Source of the DNA: Chiloscyllium plagiosum
Taxonomy: Eukaryota
Reading direction: 5' to 3'
Length of the DNA: 41,950 nucleotides
Assembly: GCF_004010195.1 (NCBI RefSeq)
Contig: NC_057756.1
Location: forward strand, 8,279,695-8,321,644
Each line of letters starts with the position of its first letter. Position 1 is the first letter of the stretch. Shown piece after piece: positions 1 through 11,645 of the stretch. A model generated the notes under the pieces. It saw only the letters and a program-made list of their open reading frames with translations. It did no database searches and had not been told where the DNA came from. Made by a program: the position numbers and the translations under genes.

Positions 1-520
1 TGAGGGGGAGAGTGGGATTAGACTGGGTGGGTTTTAAAGGATGCAGTGTCTGAGGGGGAGAGTGGGATTAGACTGGGTGGGTTTTAAAGGATGCAGTGTC
101 TGAGGGGGAGAGTGGGATTAGACTGGGTGGGTTTTAAAGGATGCAGTGTCTGAGGGGGAGAGTGGGATTAGACTGGGTGGGTTTTAAAGGATGCAGTGTC
201 TGAGGGGGAGAGTGGGATTAGACTGGGTGGGTTTTAAAGGATGCAGTGTCTGAGGGGGAGAGTGGGATTAGACTGGGTGGGTTTTAAAGGATGCAGTGTC
301 TGAGGGGAAAAGTGGGATTAGACTGGGTGGGTTTTAAAGGATGCAGTGTCTGAGGGGGAGAGTGGGATTAGACTGGGTGGGTTTTAAAGGATGCAGTGTC
401 TGAGGGGGAGAGTGGGATTAGACTGGGTGGGTTTTAAAGGATGCAGTGTCTGAGGGGGAGAGTGGGATTAGACTGGGTGGGTTTTAAAGGATGCAGTGTC
501 TGAGGGGGAGAGTGGGATTA
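1..520. repeat. 50-bp tandem minisatellite (about 10 near-identical copies, runs off the window start)
   Basis: Unit tgagggggagagtgggattagactgggtgggttttaaaggatgcagtgtc repeats with period 50; only the copy at ~301 differs slightly. Confidence 0.97.
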
Positions 521-788
521 CAATGCGTCTCTTTTCCTGACTGTTCCTTTGTCTCTCTCTCTCTCTCTATCTCTCCTGCTTTCAAACATTCCTTAAAAAC
601 TGGCATTTTGAGTGGTCAGCACCTGACCCTGACCTCTTTAATGTGGCCCATGGCCAGGTATGCTTTTCTTAAATTACAATCCTTTCAATGATTAATGCCA
701 TTATCGGTGCTAGGTGAGTGCCGGTTGTTGTTCTTATAGTAGCTTGTATTGTTCCTTATCTTTACACCCTCATAACCTGTATGTCCAG

Positions 789-1182
789 ACGTGCCAAGTG
801 TCATTTTCCACGCTACTGTGTCTTCGAATGTGAAGTGGGTGAACAATGCATTATCTATGACTCAGTTGGTGTGAACAGAGGCTCTGCCTACAACCCTTCG
901 ACTGGTATCTTCACTGTCCCCGTGGATGGCATCTACTTTTTTACCTATTCCGTGCTGACACAGATATCCACCGAGGACACCTCAGTCTACCTCATGAGGA
1001 ACGATTCAGCCCTGAATTGTAAACACAGTAAACTGAGACCATTCCAGGCCCAGGCAGCATCCAAGTCTGCAATACTGACCCTCGGCCAAGGCGACCGAAT
1101 CTGGGTACAGCTCATCCGTGGAATGACATGGAGTGGACTAGGAGCCATGAATTTTCAGGGGCTTCTTTTGGAGGCCCAGTAG
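789..1182 (+). pseudogene. Terminal exon of a C1q-domain (gC1q; C1QL/cerebellin-like) gene with an apparent 1-nt frameshift
   Basis: ORF frame gives IIYDSVGVNRGSAYNPSTGIFTVPVDGIYFFTYS...SAILTLGQGDRIWVQL...NFQGLLL, matching the gC1q consensus. Acceptor tccAG at 787-788. The first strand (DVPSVIFHATVSS) lies in a different frame (codons from 791), with the shift at about 836-840. Candidate upstream donor GTGAGT at 714. AATAAA at 1726 and 1778. Confidence 0.8.
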
Positions 1183-1219
1183 GAAGGAACTTCTGCCAAA
1201 CTCAGTCGCCTTTTGCCCA

Positions 1220-1500
1220 ATATCCCACTCTTCCCCTGCATCTTTCCATCTCACCCAGACTAATCTCACTCTCCTCACTGCTAATATCCCACCCAATCTA
1301 TTCCCACTGCTCCCCTCACTCCCCAAAATGCTGTAATACCCCACCCATTCTAATCTCACTCTCCACACTCCAGAATATTCCACCCAGTCTAATCCCACTG
1401 TCTCCCTCACTCCCCACCTGCTGTAATATCCCACCCAGTCTCATCCCACTCTCCCCCCCGACTCCCCATACCCTTTAATATTCCACCTCCCACTCACTCC
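1220..1500. repeat. Degenerate ~50-bp tandem repeat, inverted relative to the 1-520 satellite
   Basis: Repeated cccacccagtctaatcccactct... is the reverse complement of agagtgggattagactgggtggg. Confidence 0.8.
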
Positions 1501-2294
1501 CTACTAGTGTGTTTACATTTCACATGAACCTGACTGCTTTGGCATATTCACATTATATTCACCATAATAACTAACAAGGTCAGGGAAGCCATTTTGATGC
1601 CCACACATGACTAATACAGCCATTTTGTATGAGGCATAGTTATTAATCAAATCACTGCATGGCATTTGTAACTAGTCATAGAAGAAGATTGTTGTATCTG
1701 TTGTGAATTTAGTTAGGTTGCAGTTAATAAACCAATAACCATATTAGTAAGGCTGGATTTTAATTTGGAACACTTCAAATAAAACATGTTAAATTGTTCA
1801 TTATGTTAAATCTCTTCTGTCTGAGAGAAACAGTGCAGGTAGATGATTCACAATATATTTCAATGACATGGGTGAGGGAACCAAATGCAGTATTTCCACA
1901 TTTGTTGATGACACACAACTGGATGATATTGTGAGGAAGTGGAAACGTGGCTTCATGTTGATTAAGACGATTTGAGTAAGTGGACAACATTAGGCAGATG
2001 CAGTACAACATGGTAAATGTGAAAGTATGGATAATAGATCTCAGTGTGTAAAACAAAATGTAATTTCAATGGTGATATATTGGGAAGTGCGGATGTACAA
2101 AGGGATCTAGTTGTCCTTGTACACCAGTCAATGAGAGCGTTCAAAGAGGGGCAGCAAAATATCAGGAAGGGAAATATTGGAGTTCAGAAGTCGGAATGTC
2201 TTACTGCAACTGCACAGGACCTGGTTTTGTGTGCTGTTATGGTCTCCCTTCTAAAAGAGGATGTACCTACCAGGCAGAGTACAGCAGAGAAGGC

Positions 2295-3262
2295 GGATAC
2301 TGTAATTCTGGAGATCAGAGTCGAGAGTTCGATGCTGGAAAAGTACAGCAGGTCAGGCAGCATCCAAGCAGAAGGAGAGTCAATATTTCAGGCATAAACT
2401 CTTCATCAGGAATGAGGCTTGAGAGCCCGGAGGGCTGAGAGATAAATGGGAGGGGTGTGGGGCAGGGGGGGAAGGTAGCTGAGAGTACAATAGGTTAGAT
2501 TAGATTACTTACAGTGTGGAAACAGGCCCTTCGGCCCAACAAGTCCATACCGACCCGCCAAAGCGCAACCCACCCATACCCCTACATTTACCCCTTTAAC
2601 CTAACACTACGGGCAATTTAGCATGGCCAATTCACCTGACCCGCACATCTTTGGACTGTGGGAGGAAACCGGAGCACCCGGAGGAATCCCACGCAGACAC
2701 GGGGAGAATGTGCAAACTCCACACAGTCAGTCGCCTAAGTCGGGAATTGAACCCGGGTCTCTGGCGCTGTGAGGCAGCAGTGCTAACCACTGTGCCACCG
2801 TGCCGCCCACTAGGTAGATGAAGGTGGGCAGTAATGGTGATAGGTCACAGAGGAGGGTGAAGCTGATAGGTGGGAAGGAAGACGGACAGGTAGGACAGTT
2901 CAAGAGGGCAGTGCCAAGCTAGAAAGTTGGATCTGGGATAAGGTGAAGGGAGGGGGGGAAGTGAGGAAACTGGTGGAATCCACATTAATCCTGTGCAGTT
3001 GGAGGGTCCCAAGGTGGAAGGTGAGATGTTCTTCCTCCAGGTGTCAGGTGGTTAGAATTTGGTGATGGAGGAGGCCCAGGACCTGCAAGTCCTTAGCGGA
3101 ATAGGGGGAGGAGGTAAAATGTTCGGCCATGGGGCAGTGGGGTTGCTTCGCTCGTGTGTCCCGGAGATGTTCTCTGAAGCATTCTGAAAGTAGACGTCCT
3201 GTCTCCTCCATGTATAGGAGACTGCATCAGGAGCAACAGACACAGTAAATGACATGTGTGGG
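2295..3262 (-). mobile_element. Penelope-like element 3' fragment (GIY-YIG endonuclease remnant plus pLTR, family A)
   Basis: Minus strand near 3260-3120 reads THVIYCVCCS*CSLLYMEETGRLLSECFREHL...MAEHF (GIY-YIG with Cys/His motif). pLTR with degenerate hammerhead core at about 2380-2412. Confidence 0.8.
2495..2810 (-). mobile_element. HE1-type tRNA-derived V-SINE
   Basis: Minus strand starts gggcggcacggTGGCACAGTGGttagc (A box), then GGTTCAATTCC (B box), V-domain gtggagtttgcacattctccccgtgtc, and a CR1-like tail with (TCTAA)n. Nested in the Penelope fragment. Confidence 0.9.
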
Positions 3263-4524
3263 AATCAGAAGGTTTTGAATTTGTAGTAGGTACTGATTGT
3301 CCTGTTCAGATCCATTCAGAACATTCTGATCCATTCAGAGTACAGCAGAGGTTCACTGAGCTGATATCCAAGATAGTAGGACAGGATAGTGTCTGAGGAA
3401 AGGCCAATGAAAGAAGGCCCATCTGTTTTGATAATGTAGAAGATATTTGATGTCTATCCTGAGGTTCTGTAATGGCATTTGAGATGGATCTGTTGTAAGC
3501 AGATTACCTTGTGAGGACTGCACCTTGCTGTGCTAGTTTCCTGAACACATCTCATTTAAACTGGCCATCTCCAATTTTTAATTCCAAAATCTGCTATTTA
3601 TTTCCTTAAAGAGGCCTTCCCCCGACCAAAATAAGGCTGTGGATGTAAATTCAATGCTACCTGACAAAGTCCTGTGTGGAATCCAGGGAATGTCACACCT
3701 GTAGGGTGTCAGCGAAGTTTCAGAGAGAGAGAGAGAGAGAGAAAAAAACCTGACAGGAAGAGATCATGAGGGAGCTGACTATCTACCCCTCCACTCCACC
3801 AAGCAGAAATCCCCCCTTGCAGAAAGCTTGTTTGATTTGTCTTTCCAGAAGTATGCAAAATACAAATGGTTAAATATCAATTCCAACCCTGATATGGGCT
3901 TGTGGCAGAAGGTGTGCTAGTGAATTAGGGGGGATCTTATAGAATCACACAAAATTATGAAGGGAATTGGTAAAATAGAAATATATAGGATATTTCCACT
4001 GGTTGGTGAGACTAGGACAAGAGGGCATGGCCTCAAGATCAGAGGTTTAAAACTGAACTGAGAAGGAACTTCTTCACCCAGAGGGTTGTTAATCTATGGA
4101 ATTCCTTGCCCAGGGAAGTAGTTTAAAGCTAAGGTAGATACTTTTTTGAAAATTCAAGGAATTAAGGGATATGATGAAAATGTGGGTAAGTGGAACTTAG
4201 TCCATGAATAGATTAGTCATGATCTTATTGAGTGGCGGAGCAGGCTCGAAGGACCGGACGGCCTACTCCTGCTCCTAGTCCTTATGTTCTTATGTTCTAG
4301 TGAACTACGAACTTGTCTCTACTAGCTTGGGTTCAGGCATGAAGAGGACTGGAGAAGTGAGTCAAAAAGTCACCCAACAAACACCCTTGCTTTGCAGGTA
4401 ATGGATTCTCTCACTCTGATTGCTGACAACCAACCACTATCAAAAGGGAATAGGATAAAGTATAAAAGTGGGGAGATTTTGCTAAACTTATACAAGGGGA
4501 TAGTCAGTCCACAGCTGGAATAGA

Positions 4525-5245
4525 GTCATGGAATCATAAAGATGTACAGCAATGAAACAGACCCTTTGGTCCCACTCATCCATGCTGCCCAGATATCCCA
4601 ACCCAATCGAGTCCCATTTGCCAGCACTTGGCCCATATCCCTCCAAACCCTACCTATTCATATACCCATCCAGTTGCCTTTTAAATACTGTATTGTAGCC
4701 TCCACTACTTCCTCTAGCAACTCATTCCATACACGTACCACCCTCTATGTGAAAAACTTGCCCCTTAGGTCCCTTTTATATCTTTCCTCTCTCACCTTAA
4801 ACCTATGCCCTCTCGTGGAAGGAGACCAGAATATTCCAACAGTGGCCTAACCAATGTCCTGTACAGCAGCAACATGACCTCCCAACTCCTGTACTCAATA
4901 CTCTGACCAATAAAGGAAAGCATACCAAATGCCTTCTTCACTATCCTATCTACCTGCGACTCCACTTTCAAGGAGCTATGAACCTGCACTCCAAGGTCTC
5001 TTTGTTCATCAACACTCCTTAGGGCTTTACCATTAAGTATATAAGTCCTGCTCTCATTTGCTTTCCCAAAGTGAAGCACCTTGCATTTATCTAAATTAAT
5101 CTTCATTTGCCACTCCTCAGCCAATTGACCCGCCTGGTCAAGATCCTGTTGTACTCTGAGGTAAACCTCTTCACTGTCTAGTACATTGTTAATTTTGGTG
5201 TCATTTGCAAACCTACTCACCATACCTCCTATGTTCACATCCAAA
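4525..5245 (-). mobile_element. CR1 LINE ORF2 (RT) 3' fragment
   Basis: ORF 4792-5244: SRFANDTKI...WQMKINLDKCKVLHFGK...LYRTLVRPLLEY. Confidence 0.92.
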
Positions 5246-5859
5246 TGCTGTGAATAGCTTTTGGCCTTTTATCTCAGGAAAGATATATTGGCATTGGAGG
5301 CAGACCTGGTAGATCCATGGTATGCTGGGATTGCATTTGTTTAGTTTCAAAGAATGAGTGGCGGCCATATTGAAATCTGAAAGTTTCTTGGAGAATTTGA
5401 CAAACTAGAATTTGTTCTCCCTGAGGGGAACGAATCTGTGGAATTCTTTACTGCACAGGTCTGCTGAGGCTGGGTTAGTAAGTATCTTCAAGGCAAAGGT
5501 AGATTTTTAATCAGTAATGGGGAATCAAGGGTTGCGGGGAAAAAACAGGAAAGTGGACTTGAAGACGATCAGATCAGCCACAATCTCATTGAGTAGCAGA
5601 GGAGACTCAATGGGCAGAATGGCCCACTTCTACTCCCTACCTCGACAAACAGGAGGCTGGAAGAACAAGCCAGGCAGCATCAGGAGGTGCAGAAGTCAGC
5701 ATTTCGGGCAAAACCCTTCTTCAGGACTAGAGGTGAGGGTCAGGGGAACTGCAGATAAAGCGAGAGAGGGGTTGGGGTGCAAAAAGTAGAGGAATGGTGA
5801 GGTAGTGATAGGACTGCTTCTACTCCTACAGCTTATGGTCTTAAAAGGATTTACACAAA

Positions 5860-6105
5860 CTTGTAAAATCCAAAGTTAAAAATCACACAACACCAGGTTA
5901 TAGTCCAACAGGTTTAATTGGAAGCAATAGCTTTCGGAGCGACGCTCCTTCATCAAGTGATTGACTACCACCTGATGAAGGACCATCACTCCAAAAGCGA
6001 GTGTGCTTCCAATTAAACCTGTTGGACTATAACCTGGTGTTGTGTGATATTTAACTTTGTACACCCCAGTCCAACACCGGCATCTCCAAATCTTGTAAAA
6101 TCCAA
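5860..6105. mobile_element. Penelope-like inverted pLTR hairpin (family B) with 14-bp TSD
   Basis: Arms at about 5872-5959 and 5969-6058 are reverse complements. Direct repeat cttgtaaaatccaa at 5860-5873 and 6092-6105. Confidence 0.85.
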
Positions 6106-6789
6106 GAATCCTGAAATCGATGATCCAATAATCAATGTTCCAGGAACTACATTTTAATAACCTCTTAGAGAGATTGGTCCATGTACCTTTCAACTTCTTT
6201 TGAATCTGTATGTATATGGGTTACATTATTCGTTCCTCTTGCTTGTCTGGCTTATCATGTTTACTATTCACACTCACTGACTGGTCTCTCTGAGCTCTGA
6301 TAACATTATTTCCTCTGGGATTGCACTCACAGCCTTTATGTGTCACAAATGGAAATTTGAAAAAGGCTTTAGCCTTGTTCCCGGGTTGGCTCATGTTCAC
6401 ACTCATGTAGATCCAAAAATATTCCCAGTCCTAGGATTAAAGGAGAGTGGGAGGAGATTGTGGATCAATGCTGTACGTGTGTCTGGGGTGGGGCGTAGGA
6501 GGCGGTTGTGTGGTGAGGAGTCAGGGGCATGCTGGTGGTCAATTCTCAGGGGACCATTAGTTTCTGAGGTGAAGTTCCAACTCCATATTTGGATAAGTGC
6601 CTGTCAACTTTTGTTTTTTTTAAAAGCTGTGAAACTCACTGACGGATACTTACTGGTAAGATTCGAATGCCACTAGTTTCAGTTCTTCACCACATCATGT
6701 CTATGAGTCTGAAATATTAAGTACACTGTCCACTGCGGGGAGATTTCACTCTGTGAATCGACCACACACACGGAGTGGGTCAGTGCATG

Positions 6790-8400
6790 AGGATGAGTGT
6801 GTGTGTGTGTGTGTGTCAGAAAGGGTTTTGTCTGAGGGTGAGTCAGTGACTGTGAGTGAGTGTGAAAGTATGTGTGTTCACTGTGTGAGTGCGTGCCTGT
6901 GGGTGTATGCACCTGAATGTGTTTGGGTGTCTGTGAGTGTGTGTTTATGAGTCAGTGTCTGAGGGTGTGTGTGGGTGTCTGTCTGAGTGTGTGTAGGTGC
7001 CTGTGAGTTTGTGTGAGTGTCAGTCTGTGAGTGTGCATGGGTGAATGGGTGTCTGTGAGTTTGTGTGTCTGAGAATGTTTATGTGGGTGTCTCTGAGTTT
7101 GTGTGAGTGTTTATGAGTCAGTGTCTGAGAGTGTATGTGCGTGTCTGCGAATGTGCATAGGTGAGGGGTATCTGTGAGTTTGTGTGTCTGAGAATGTTTA
7201 NNNNNNNNNNNNNNNNNNNNNNNNNNNNNNNNNNNNNNNNNNNNNNNNNNNNNNNNNNNNNNNNNNNNNNNNNNNNNNNNNNNNNNNNNNNNNNNNNNNN
7301 NNNNNNNNNNNNNNNNNNNNNNNNNNNNNNNNNNNNNNNNNNNNNNNNNNNNNNNNNNNNNNNNNNNNNNNNNNNNNNNNNNNNNNNNNNNNNNNNNNNN
7401 NNNNNNNNNNNNNNNNNNNNNNNNNNNNNNNNNNNNNNNNNNNNNNNNNNNNNNNNNNNNNNNNNNNNNNNNNNNNNNNNNNNNNNNNNNNNNNNNNNNN
7501 NNNNNNNNNNNNNNNNNNNNNNNNNNNNNNNNNNNNNNNNNNNNNNNNNNNNNNNNNNNNNNNNNNNNNNNNNNNNNNNNNNNNNNNNNNNNNNNNNNNN
7601 NNNNNNNNNNNNNNNNNNNNNNNNNNNNNNNNNNNNNNNNNNNNNNNNNNNNNNNNNNNNNNNNNNNNNNNNNNNNNNNNNNNNNNNNNNNNNNNNNNNN
7701 NNNNNNNNNNNNNNNNNNNNNNNNNNNNNNNNNNNNNNNNNNNNNNNNNNNNNNNNNNNNNNNNNNNNNNNNNNNNNNNNNNNNNNNNNNNNNNNNNNNN
7801 NNNNNNNNNNNNNNNNNNNNNNNNNNNNNNNNNNNNNNNNNNNNNNNNNNNNNNNNNNNNNNNNNNNNNNNNNNNNNNNNNNNNNNNNNNNNNNNNNNNN
7901 NNNNNNNNNNNNNNNNNNNNNNNNNNNNNNNNNNNNNNNNNNNNNNNNNNNNNNNNNNNNNNNNNNNNNNNNNNNNNNNNNNNNNNNNNNNNNNNNNNNN
8001 NNNNNNNNNNNNNNNNNNNNNNNNNNNNNNNNNNNNNNNNNNNNNNNNNNNNNNNNNNNNNNNNNNNNNNNNNNNNNNNNNNNNNNNNNNNNNNNNNNNN
8101 NNNNNNNNNNNNNNNNNNNNNNNNNNNNNNNNNNNNNNNNNNNNNNNNNTGTGAGTGTGTGTGGGTGTCTGTGAGTGTGCATAGGTGAGGGGTGTCTGTG
8201 AATTTCTGTGTCTGAGAGTGTTTATGTGGGTGTCTGTGAGTGTGCATGTGAGGGGTGTTTGTGAGTTTGTGTGTCTGAGAGTGTTTATGTGGGTGTCTGT
8301 GAGTATGTGTTGGTGTCTGTCTTCAGTATGCATAGGGGTGTGGGTGTCTGTGAGTGTGTGTGGATGTCTGTCTTGAGTGTGCATAGGTGACGGGTGTCTG
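6790..8400. repeat. (GT)-rich low-complexity/minisatellite region spanning the 949-N gap (7201-8149)
   Basis: Repeated gtgtctgtgagt(t/g)tgtg motifs on both sides of the gap. Confidence 0.9.
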
Positions 8401-8733
8401 TTATTCTCAAACACCCAGTCAAGTATCCATTTCAGTGTCAACACCTTGCATTGAAAAGCTACGCTTTATACCAATAACCTGCCAGGAGCTTCTCGAAAAT
8501 TCCGCCTGACATCCTGCCCTTGGGCAGTCACTCCTGTCTCGGGAATAACTTCTCTGTCCTTGACAGTTCTGACTGCGACATTTGCTCCTTCCAATTTCAA
8601 ACAAGCTCCCAACAGTTTGGCTGGCTGTATCAATCCGCTTATCAGCGATTTATTGCTGAACAGTAGTCATATACTTTGAATAAGTAATTCATAATCGAGT
8701 GCACAGCTCAGTAACTCTTTCTTCTTATCATAT

Positions 8734-8960
8734 ACTGACCCTCTGACAGTGCCGCACTCCCTCAGTATTGAACCTCTGACAGTGCAGCACTCCCTCAGCA
8801 CTGACCCTCCGACTGTGCGGCACTCCCTCAGCACTGAGCCTCTGACAGTGTAACACTCCCTCAGTACTGACCCTCCGACAGTGCGGCACACACTCAGCAC
8901 TGACCCTCCAACAGTGCTGCACTCCCTCAGTTTTGAACCTCTAACAGAGCAGGACTCACT
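8734..8960. repeat. 33-bp minisatellite (about 7 copies), probably DeuSINE-derived
   Basis: Unit cactccctcagcactgaccctccgacagtgcgg with period 33 (8788, 8821). DeuSINE origin is from recalled similarity only. Confidence 0.85.
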
Positions 8961-9833
8961 GAAATTTTCTGCACTTATTCAGTGCATCACTGCTTAAATT
9001 CAGCACACGCTTCTGATAAAAACTACTTAATATCAGGAATCACAGTAGTGCGCTCCTTGTTGATGGTATAAGAAACTCCACAATAGCCTTTGTTTTCACA
9101 TCCCATGCAGCCATCTGTCCGTGTCCAATAATATGACCCAGGAATGTACCTTGGGTTTTTTCAAGCATGCTTGTGGTCAGGTTTATCACCAAACCCACCT
9201 CCCAAAGTCAATCAAACAATTTTGATAAATGTTCCATATGTCCCTTCGATATGGGACTAAACATCACCAGGGCGCCATTGTACACCACACAGTTGGGTAA
9301 TCCCAAAATGACTTTACTGGTTAGTCTTTGAAACATGGTTGGCATACTTTTCAAACCAAATGGCAAGACTTTACACTGATGTAGACCATCCGGTGTCATG
9401 AAAGCCAAACTTTCCTTCAGTTTTTCAGGTAACGGTTCTTGCCAGTATCATCTAAGTAAATCTAATTTATAAATATAAGTTGCTTGTCCCACAATCTCAA
9501 TACAGTCTTCCAAACATGGAATAAAATATGAGCCAGATTTTATAACTGCATTGACTTTGCGATAGTTGACACATAATTGTTGAGTACCATGTGGTTTTGA
9601 CACCATTACTATGGGTGACTTCCATTTGCTGAAACTCACTTTGATTATATTGTCTTTGATCATGCGATCAATCTCTTTTTGAACCTGTGCCAACTTTAGA
9701 GAGTTAAGTCTGCAAGGATGGTGCTTTATTGGAACAGCATTTCCTATCTCTACACCATGCGTAATTGGATTACTGCATCCCAGCTTATTCCTACAAATCT
9801 CCCCATGTAGAAGATTATAATAATTCTTTCAGA

Positions 9834-10078
9834 CCCAGTCTGACCTATCACCCTCACTTTGACCTCTTTCCACCTATCACATTTCTGACGCCCCTCCCCC
9901 AAGTCCCTCCTCCCTACCTTTTATCTTAGCCTGCTGGACAAACTTTCCTCATTCCTGAAGAAGGGCTTATGCCCGAAACGTCGATTCTCCTGTTCCCTGG
10001 ATGCTGCCTGACCTGCTGCGCTTTTCCAGCAACACATTTCCAGCTCTTATCTCCAGCATCTGCAGACCTCACTTTCTC
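9834..10078 (+). mobile_element. Penelope-like pLTR (family A) inserted in the Gypsy RT, flanked by a 264-bp direct duplication
   Basis: Same sequence as the pLTR at 36084-36330 (reverse strand). Flanks 9570-9833 and 10079-10342 are near-identical. Confidence 0.85.
9951..9985 (+). ncRNA. Minimal type-I hammerhead ribozyme motif (PLE family A)
   Basis: CTGAAGA (9955-9961), extra A, stem II GGGC-ttat-GCCC, GAA, palindromic ACGT, then C. Predicted cleavage after C9982. Confidence 0.7.
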
Positions 10079-11183
10079 CACATAATTGTTGAGTACCATG
10101 TGGTTTTGACACCATTACTATGGGTGACTTCCATTTGCTACAACTCACTTTAATTATATTGTCTTTGATCATGCGATCAATCTCTTTTTGAACCTGTGCC
10201 AACGTTAGAGAGTTAAGTCTGCAAGGATGGTGCTTTATTGGAACAGCATTTCCTATCTCTACACCATGCGTAATTGGATTACTGCATCCCAGCTTATTCC
10301 TACAAATCTCCCCATGTAGAAGATTATAATAATTCTTTCAGATCATTTCAATTTTCCTCAGAAGGTAACTCAATAATTTATCCCATTTTTTTGGAACTTT
10401 CTCATTGTCCAACTTAACCTGAGGAATGTCCAATTCACAATCATCTGGCTTTGGTTCCTCATTTTGTGTTGTAAGCAGGAACACATTCTCCTTTTGCTTT
10501 CCTTCCCCATCAAAATACCTTTTGAGCATTTTCACGTGGCACTCTCTGTGAGGCTTCTTTCTATTTGGCGTTTCTGATCAAATAATTCACCTTTGATTTT
10601 ATCAATTTTGTAAGTCCCACTAAACCTTGCTTTTAAAGGTTTATCTACTACTGGAAGTAACACAAACATTTTACCGTCTCTAGCAAAACTATGAAGTTTT
10701 GATTTCTTGTCTGCTTCCTGCTTCATCATTTGCTGCGCTACTTTCAAATGCTGTCTAGTCAACTCACCAGCGCTATTTAATCTTTCCCTAAAATTTGACA
10801 CATAGTCCAAATATGTGGTGTCTGAACTTTGACTCACCAATTCCTCTTTACTTAATTTGGTAACTATTTATTTTCCGGGCTACAAATTGCAAACAAAAGA
10901 GAAATTCCCACAGTCCATTTAGGTTACTACAGGGATGACACACTGCCGTTTGTAGTTAATGGTTACTCTTCAGGTTTATAATGAGGGCCTGGAAAGTTTG
11001 TTTCCAATTTCTTTAAAATTTTAAACTTTATTGATTTTTTTCATTCTCTACGGGGAGATCGAACAAAATCGGGAGAAATGAATCTGGACATTCCTTCTCC
11101 TCTGCTCCTGTTCAGAAACTTAGACCAATTCCTCACATCCAAAGACACTTGTTGACACTCTGTCTCAAGTTGCTTTCCAACTT

Positions 11184-11505
11184 CAGATTACAGATTTTTT
11201 TTTACAGATTACATTACAGTGTAGAACTTCGGCCCAACAAGTCCACACCGACCCGCCGAAGCACAACCCACCCATACCCCTACATTTACTCCTTACCTAA
11301 CACTACGGGCAATTTAGACTGGCCAATTCACCTGACCTACACATCTTTGGACTGTGGGAGGAAACCGGAGCACCCGGAGGAAACCCACGCCGACACGGGG
11401 AGAACGTGCAAACTCCACACAGTCAGTCACCTGAGGCGGGAATTGAACCCGGGTCTCTGGCGCTGTGAGGCAGCAGTGCTAACCACTGTGCCACCGTGCC
11501 GCCCA
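11184..11505 (-). mobile_element. HE1-type V-SINE
   Basis: Near-identical to the SINE at 2495-2810 (A and B boxes, V-domain). Confidence 0.9.
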
Positions 11506-11645
11506 CAAAGATAGCAGTTCCAAAAACAAATAAAAATTTGTGGCATTCTACATCACAAAAGAAAAGAAAATGACTGTTTTGTTTAAGGTAATTTGTTACC
11601 ACATAGACAAAGAAAATATCTAATGAAAAGAAAAATGGATCTTCC

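Larger units (their letters stand above)
1845..4297 (+). mobile_element. Fragmented old CR1 LINE (RT to 3' end), interrupted by a Penelope fragment and a SINE
   Basis: Degenerate FADD-like region (tttgttgatgacaca) near 1900, CR1 ORF2 C-terminal sequence at 3925-4200, (TTCTTATG)n-like tail ending about 4297. Confidence 0.7.
8965..10860 (-). mobile_element. Degraded Gypsy LTR-retrotransposon pol fragment with Gmr1-like order (integrase before RT)
   Basis: 10840-10480: integrase C-terminus (AQQMMKQ...LKARFSGTYKI...HVKMLKRY). Downstream RT: WKSPIVMVSKPHGTQQLCVNYRKVN, KLDLLR, AFMTPDGLHQCKVLPFGLKS..MFQRL, and a decayed YxDD site. Confidence 0.88.

Noticed and set aside
718..788. Hydrophobic N-terminus of ORF 718-1182 as a signal peptide
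   Set aside because: It starts at GTG within a probable 75-bp intron (GTGAGT at 714 to AG at 788) and translates a T-rich intronic tract.
2740..2810. tRNA gene (also at 11435-11505)
   Set aside because: The A and B boxes belong to SINE heads that continue into a V-domain and a LINE-like tail.
6654..6708. Minus-strand candidate exon (tttcAG ... GTAAGT)
   Set aside because: The splice signals look good, but all three frames contain stops and I recognise no homology. It could at most be non-coding.
7020..8444. Long ORFs across N runs (also 19252-19707 and 39117-40084)
   Set aside because: Artefacts of gaps and low-complexity sequence.
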